Source: Octopus vulgaris (lineage: Eukaryota). Taken from it: DNA of 64,000 nt. Positions 56,341 to 64,000 of this stretch are shown here, one piece after another. Below the pieces are notes generated by a model. That model made no database searches. It worked only from the letters and a program-made list of their open reading frames with translations, and was not told where the DNA came from. The DNA lies in contig OX597817.1 in assembly GCA_951406725.2 (NCBI GenBank), positions 73,594,001 to 73,658,000 of the forward strand, read 5' to 3'. The translations under genes and the position numbers were made by a program. Each line of letters begins with the position of its first letter. Position 1 is the stretch's first letter.

Positions 56341-58849
56341 TCAAGTCACAGTGTATAGACTAGTTTTATCGATAATGTGACTGGGTACTGCGAGGTTTAT
56401 TCTCCTTTCAGTCCTTTTGAGGACCTGAAGCGCTGAAAAGTACTGAACCGACGAGTTTTTTTTATAATTCTGGTCAGTTTAGCAACAAAACAGAACAAAA
56501 TATATAAATACATTTAAAGCAAACAAAATTTACGCACTATTCGAAGACACATCTGTACTGAGGCACGGCAACAACAACAATATTAACAACCCTTTCTAAT
56601 AAAGGAACGAAGCCTGAAATTTGAGGGAGGGGACTAGTTGATCACATCGACCCCAGTGTTTCACTGGTACTTAATTTGTCGACCCTAAAAGGATAAAAGG
56701 TAAAATCAACCTCGGCGGAATTCGAACTTAGAACGTCAGGACGGATTAAATGCCGCTAAGCATTTTGCCCGGCGCGCTATCGATTCTACCAGCTCATTGC
56801 CTTAATCACAATTTTAATAATAATAACGTTTGCTATTTTGTACCTAGATCTCAAGAAAACTGAAGATGGAATGAATACAAAAGAATATGAAACTGTAAAA
56901 ACAAGTAAAAATAAAAAAAATAGTCGTAAAACAGAAATACTAACGCAAAGACCTGATAGGAGGAGAAACATTTATGGACTATTCAACTACCTCCAGATCC
57001 TGCATCACAAAAAGTGTACCAAAGTCAAGTGCCGTTTCCATCATCTATAATTTCCAGCTTGCGAGTGCATGTTAAGAAGTATTTTCACTTTTGTTTTAAA
57101 TTGTAATAAATCATTAATATGCTTTTCATCAATGTTCCATATTTGTAGTCTCTCTTGTAAATCAGCCTTAGCTCTTTTCCTCTTACAGTACATCGTCATC
57201 ATAATCAACTTTGCAAAGGCTCAAAACTTGGATATCAACGATTCGCTTGCAATACCGTGAACTTATTGTATGATCTGTACCATCTAGTACTTTCAAATAT
57301 ATTCCTTTCGCTTCTTGAATTTCTGCTTTTCCCCGCCTTTTTCTTAGTCACTGCGACGGCATGCTATTTCTCTTCACCCTAAATTTTCTTCCTTTCCTCG
57401 TATGTGATTGAAGTGGTTCTTCTAGGAGGCACATGTGGTCTGCTTCTTAAACTGAGGATGCGGTCACCTCGTCCACCATCTCTGAAGTTTTAACTGACGG
57501 TGTATTAACCTAGTACACTCTCGAGCTTACTGTTGTTGCTGTTGTTTTACCTTTTCGCTTCCACGGGGCATAAAGTCCTCAAGTTAATGTTGCTGTTACA
57601 AGTATAAAAGTAGGTCCTCTGTCCTAGACCACAAGTCTCATTCCTACTGTTTCAGCATCCACGGCACGACACACCTTTGGAATGGTCATGTGATCTTGAA
57701 AGATCATATGCTGAAACCTCCCGATCACGTAATATTTGTTTACCTCCACGCTAACCAACAATCCATATTTCTACAAAGCTGAGAACAAGCCAAGTTTAAT
57801 TTGTTGTGAAAGCTTCTACCTGTCACCCTTGATCTAATGCTTACCCATGTATTACTGTGCAAACTAATGGATGGTGTGTAAATGCAATATTAACACTTCA
57901 TGCCACACTTTACCTCGGTCTTGAAAGAGCAAGAAAACTCTTCTTGTATACTCTACAGTATTCGATAGAAACTAAATCCCTTTGTACATTGACTAGGGAC
58001 TCTTTAGAAAATACTTTTGAGTGCATACGAAACCTCTCTCTTGGGAGGGGATTTTCAGTTGCGAACTCCCTCGATTGCGAATCAGAGATAAACTACTCTC
58101 CTTCTCTCTCGCTTCCAGATAAGAGCCTCGAGTAAGGAAGTCTTAGATTTAGACACTTATTTGTACCATGTCATCCCTTTCTGCTCTCGACATTTTGAAA
58201 TATTCCTTCTTTACTATGGAAGCAAACGAGATTTTTGAAAATTTTATTTCTTTATTTTTATTTTTATTTTTTTTTTTGCTGATGTTTTCTCAGAAATTTG
58301 ATATTTGGTTGTGCATTTGATAGTACGACATATTAACCAGTGAAAATTGTATTTCTTCCTGTGCATTTCTTGAAAGCACAAATAAATGTTATTTTGTTTA
58401 CATGACTTTTATTTCTATAATTCTTTTTATTTTTGTGGGATATACTGCCAAAGTTGCCATGTTTGAAATGCCTGACGGAAAAAATGTTGTTTGGTGGATC
58501 AAAGTAACTTTTTTCTCCTTTTCTCAATCAGTAAAAAAACGCCAGCAATAAAATGACTACTTCTACATGAATACAGTTAACATAAAAATATCCACACGAC
58601 TTATATGTAATCCATTGAATTTTTATTAATTATACGAGCGATATGTATCATGTATTATGGAGATAAGAATCAACAATAGCAACAAAACAATAACAACACT
58701 AGAAAGATAACAATAAGAATAATATTTTAAGTAATCACAAGAGTTCAAAGGTATAAAAAGAGGGATAGTACACATGACAATATGCAACGTTGTGTGTAAT
58801 AAAGGAATAACGAAAACAAGTAACAAATTTTCAAGAAACAAAGTTCCGC

Positions 58850-59990
58850 AATAACATGGACAACTGCTTAGAAGCAATCAAGACACCTCCACGAAACCTG
58901 AGTCACCTTGACCAAGAAAGGTGCCTTCTGACATTTACCGGTCTACTGGTGCATGCTTAGTGTAGGCCCGTTTATATGTACCATGTTTGATATTCCCACT
59001 CGGCTTTCAACGAGTATACTTGCGGGGAAAGCACCTCCATCCCATTCTTACCTTATTTTCTGAGTAAAACTTGAAACATTGGATGAAGGCTTCGCCGAAG
59101 AGAGTGGTGTCTATCTTCTTTCCTTTCAGTCTCACAGAACCCTATTCGCAAAGCCAACCGATGGAACAAACTGTCTACTATTCCCGGCCAAAGGAAAATG
59201 GTGAGACGGGATTCACGCTAGATCCAGCTGATAGGCGGATCTGTCCTACATGCAACAACAGCTGGTTCAACACAACTCCACATATTTGCGTTGCCTAGTT
59301 ATTGAAGAGGTTCATGCAGAATGGTATCGTCGCATTGCAGACATTTTGAGCAAGCCGGTCTGACGGCACTTACGTAACTGTAGAGTTTATCACGAATAAT
59401 CAGTGTTGCCTCTACCCCGGGGTATTTCTGGAAGTTATCTAGGGATTACTGGAAGTTATCCACATTTGCTGGGCCGAAATTTCTCTGTTTTAGACGTAAT
59501 TGCTGATTCTCATCGACATAATCATACTTCCTCACCGCTATTCCTCCATAGAGCGCTAACATGAAAGTTACACCCACTGCATTGCTTGATTGGCAGAAGG
59601 CTGTCAACGCCTGCAAATATTTTAGCTGTCAAGCGCCCAATCTTGGTCTTTGTTTGACTCCCAGACTGCTACTGTGTCAAGGAAATGAGCAATAGAAAGA
59701 CCATCTCACAAAAGGCAGCCACACTTACCTCCTCAGCTATTAATCGTTGTAGATGCTTCAGCTTCAACACATCTGTGTATTGGTAACCATAACATACCAA
59801 GTCCTATGTGCAGAGAATGTTGTCAGGGAATTGACCTGATCAGTGAACCGTGTTCCTTCTACAAATAGTTTCATTGGTGTTTTGTTAATTTTCATTGGTC
59901 AGATCAATTCTTTCACAAGAAAGACTTTCCCTCAATAGAGCAGACAGTTATTTGGCAGGTAAGTGGTATGTGATTTATCTCTCTGTAGTT
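58850..59990 (-). mobile_element. Tx1/L1-like ORF2 C-terminal relic
   Basis: GLGMLW..LKLKHLQRL, then RDKLY....ACSKCLQCDDTILH....MW (zf-RVT-like); many stops and frameshifts. Confidence 0.7.
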
Positions 59991-61168
59991 TAAACATTAT
60001 AGAAGATGAGACAAACAGTAGGCCTATGGGTTATTGTAATTCGGGAGATGATTTGATCTTTATGTACCTAATAGGCAATTAAATATTGATGCTATACTAA
60101 TCGTTACATCAAAGAATAAGGTTTGTCATGGGGTCCAAAATGAAGTAGCTTCTATACTGTTACTCTCTCTACTATCTAGATCGCAGCCACACTTCACTCA
60201 AATCACATCTTGTCTTAAATACAGAAGAATACATTTGGCAAGATAGATCATGATATACAAGAAAATGAAGTGGCCACGACTGGAAAGATTTATCATAGAT
60301 CTCGATCAAGCCTAAAATAAAACAACAATCGAATTGCTCTGTATGTTGACTGTTGTGCGATCGACTCCACACTACGTTAATGTCATCGGCTTCAAATATT
60401 CCCCAATTGCCATTAGGTGGATGGATACCGTATAGGACATTACCTGGTGATTACAACAACAGCTATGACAACTAAAAGCAACAGCAGCAATGATGGCAGT
60501 AGTGCAGATGGTGCCAGTGGCTTAGTTATCAAGAGTGGCGAAGATTACAAAGAGAGCTTCGACAGCGAAATGTACGCATTCAAATAATAAACACATTTAG
60601 CATTTAAATGTGAAATTGCTCTCGAAGAAAACTTATATAGAGAATTACTGGATACATGACCTTTGTGAGAAATTATATCAGTTTTGTTTACTTTTTTAAA
60701 AAAATTTTGATGTTTGTTTCCGACTTATGAATCGAATATTTTTGAACTTCTTCGTACAAACAAAACAACTTGACATGATCTTTAACGATTTACAGGAAAT
60801 GTTTTGGAGTGATTCAAATGTAAAATGTAGCATTATGAATTTTGTATGCAAGAGAAGAAAAGAAGAAAACAGACGCAAAGTTGTCAGAGAAAGACAGCAA
60901 AGGTGTCAGTCAGACGTTACGTAGCAGGTTTAAAATGTCACCCTGTTTAACACCACTTACATAGTCGTTGGATACTTTTAATGGTGTCTGCTCAGTTGAC
61001 AACCATATGCCCACGATTTTCCTGCCGACACTAGCCTACAGACTATCAGCTGCATCGTTCATTGCACAAGTCTAGGAAGAGCGGTGAATGTAAAGATTTC
61101 AAGACACCACCTCCAAACACCCTACAATTTCATGCACAAAACACACACACACATAAACACACGCACAC

Positions 61169-61248
<80 letters not shown>

Positions 61249-61254
61249 AACAAC

Positions 61255-61605
61255 TGCAGGTTAGCTGTGTGGTTAAGTACTTCGCTTCGCGACCATATGG
61301 TTTCAGATTTAATCCTACTACGCGGCACTTTAGAGTCACTGACTTCTTCATCAGCACTGGGGAAAGTAATGCCATGAGACAGGATTTGGTAGATGGAAAC
61401 TGCACATATGTGTAAGTGAATCTTTGCATTTGATCTCCTTTTATGTTTGTTTCTGCCTTCTTAACTTAGCGGTTTGGCAAAAATAAGCGTTTGAATAAAT
61501 ATTAGACTTAAAATATGTACTGGTATCGATTTCTTTCGATTAATTCTTTTAATGTAGTACCTCAAAATGGCTGCAGTCCAATGACTGAAACAAGTAAAAT
61601 GAGTT
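61255..61605 (+). mobile_element. Diverged SINE S1
   Basis: gctgtgtggttaag head, gatttggtagatggaaactg, caatgactgaaacaagtaaaa. Confidence 0.7.
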
Positions 61606-61859
61606 GTAGTGGATACTCCCAACTGACAAAGGAGGGAGAAATACTTACTGAGCAATGTTACAACAACAGCTGAACGATTTTCTTCAGGTAATGATATACT
61701 TCTGTGTTCTATGACAATACGTGTTTGTAAGAGATGTTACCTCGAGTCGCATTCCACTGCTTAATTGGCTTTCAAAAAAACATAGAATGTTATTTTGAAT
61801 CAATGCTGCTTTTATAACACACACACACATACACACATACACATACACATATATATTAC

Positions 61860-62216
61860 ATGTAACTGCGTGGTAAGTAGCTTGCTTACCAAGCACATTG
61901 TTCCGGGTTTATTCCCACTACGTGGCACTTTGGGCAAGTGCCTTCTACTATAGCCTCGAGCCGACCAAAGCCTTGTGAGTGGATTTGGTAGACGGAAACT
62001 GAAAGAAGCCTGTCGTATATATGTATATATATATATATGTGTGTGTATATGTTTGTGTGTCTCTGTTTGTCCTCCCCCCAACATCGCTTGACAACCAATG
62101 CTGGTGTGTTTACGTCCCCGTAACTTAGCAGTTCGGCAAAAGAGACAGATAGAATACGTACAAGGCTTACAAAGAATAAGACCTGGGGTCGATTTTCTCG
62201 ACTAAAGGTGGTGCTC
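61860..62216 (+). mobile_element. SINE S1, 3' end interrupted
   Basis: High similarity to 29607-30037; broken at ggtggtgct by a LINE-like 3' end (62217-62435, AATAAA then (TATC)n). Confidence 0.88.
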
Positions 62217-62434
62217 TGAGGAGATATCACCATGACAACTTTCTCTGTCATGGTCAATGTGACTATCACACGCTACACACCTTTTTTTCCCTTTTACGAT
62301 CCCTCTTGATCGAAAACCTACGCCACCCCTTTTTTTGTTTCTTTTGTTTTTTGTTTTTTTCATACCCCAAAAGAAAAGCTCTACCTTGTAACTTGTCCCA
62401 TCTGTGTGCAGCCCTGTGTGGCCAATAAAGAAAC

Positions 62435-62470
<36 letters not shown>

Positions 62471-62562
62471 ATCACATGCACACACACACAAATTTTGATT
62501 TAGCTTAGGAATAGCGTTAATAACAACCAGTTGTTTAAAGCCAATACTCTTATGCTTTAGAG

Positions 62563-62654
62563 CAGTGGTTCCCAACCTCTTCACTACCAAAGACCCCTTT
62601 TATTTAAATGACCTTTCCCATGGATCCCTTTTAACATGTTTATCCTGATATATA

Positions 62655-62711
<57 letters not shown>

Positions 62712-62796
62712 TATAAATTTGGAATTTAGTTCACGAACTCCCAGTACTACCTTTGCAGGCCACCAGGAGTCGCGGACCACAAGTTGGGAATCACTG
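62563..62796. mobile_element. hAT-type MITE
   Basis: TIRs cagtggttcccaac / gttgggaatcactg; 8-bp TSD ctttagag / ttttagag. Confidence 0.9.
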
Positions 62797-62884
62797 TTTT
62801 AGAGGAAAGATTCAGGTGCGTGCAGGGCCTATAATCTATCAATGAATAACAAAAGCATAGGAGTTACGCAGTCCTTTTTATGTA

Positions 62885-62968
<84 letters not shown>

Positions 62969-62985
62969 CATCCATCCATCCATCA

Positions 62986-63071
<86 letters not shown>

Positions 63072-63072
63072 A

Positions 63073-63127
<55 letters not shown>

Positions 63128-63179
63128 TATGTCCACATATATTTCTCTACTTCTTTTCAGGGTGTAGCATCTTAATCTT

Positions 63180-63850
63180 TTCAGCCTTTCTTCCTGTAGT
63201 TGATCTGGGGCACAAAAGCAATATTCTTGGTGTAGTGGGATATGGGGCAATAATGTCGACCACTTAGAACAAATCTCTTCCACATGTTCAACATGGTTTG
63301 TCGTTCAGTCGCTCCAAATGTTCTTAGAATTCATGTTACTAATCGTTTGCACTTTGTTGAAATCTTTGTAATATGTACATGCAATTTTGTATCATTATGT
63401 TGATCCTCAGGTAGTGTTTCGATTGTTTCTCTAGGATCGCTGTATCTCTCGGTTCTGCGTATCTCGCTTGCAATATGTTAGAGGGCCGATCGCAAAGACC
63501 CTGAAACTTTCCAGCATTAGAATGCAGTCAGTTTTTCTTCCATCCCTTCTATATATTGCATTAGGGTTTTTGGAGATTTCTAATAACGGCAGTACTTTTG
63601 GTTGCCTTTGATATTGTCATTTCGTCATAAGTTGTAAAAGCAAGGGCCTGCCCGAGAGGAGCTATTAAAAACAGTGAATGTTCCAAGTTTGTTTTCTAAA
63701 ATATATCATCAACAATGATTTAATACCAAGAGGACTATCGGTTGCAACACATTAACTCTTGTCTCTTAAAATGTCACGCAGACACGTTCCTAATATTCTA
63801 ACTATGTCGAGGTCACATAGTTTGTGATATTTCACTCAATGATCATCTTT
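63180..63850 (-). mobile_element. Old CR1-group LINE RT C-terminal relic
   Basis: ILRTFG..RQTMLNMWKRFVLS..HYCP pattern; heavily decayed. Confidence 0.55.
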
Positions 63851-64000
63851 GTCAAAGACCTTTACATCGCACGCACACACACGCGCGCGTGTAACTGTAT
63901 ACATACATATACACTACATGTATATGTATACACTTTCTTATATGCTGCTCTGTTTAAATGCAAAAGGCGTTGCTAAATTTAAGGATGTGATTTCATTAAG

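Noticed and set aside
59903-59958. Plus-strand exon candidate with strong donor cag|gtaagt
   Set aside because: Lies antisense within the Tx1-like relic, so probably fortuitous; exonisation cannot be excluded without RNA data.
60170-60930. Short ORFs in non-repetitive-looking DNA
   Set aside because: No recognisable domain, frequent stops and no consistent splice pair.

Overview
AT-rich, microsatellite-saturated eukaryotic DNA. The SINE families and repeat landscape point to an octopus (coleoid cephalopod) genome; this is inferred, not verified. I found no intact host protein-coding gene: almost all listed ORFs are microsatellite translations or decayed transposon pieces. Recognisable elements: R4/Dong-like RLE retrotransposon 3' fragments chained through (TAA)n, a 5'-inverted RTE, CR1-like and Tx1/L1-like fragments, Penelope-like (GIY-YIG) fragments, a Helitron helicase relic, a Tc1-like IR/DR transposon, MITEs and many tRNA-derived SINEs. 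The most notable signal is about 20 minimal type-I hammerhead ribozyme (HHR) motifs, intact or degenerate, from several short-repeat families. Several sit as back-to-back inverted pairs with one HHR per strand. One family consistently lacks the core A6, and one pair carries C3U. A thrice-duplicated local unit also has, in two copies, an octamer/TATA/hairpin/T5 block that may be a small ncRNA gene or promoter. All calls were made by eye; boundaries are approximate.
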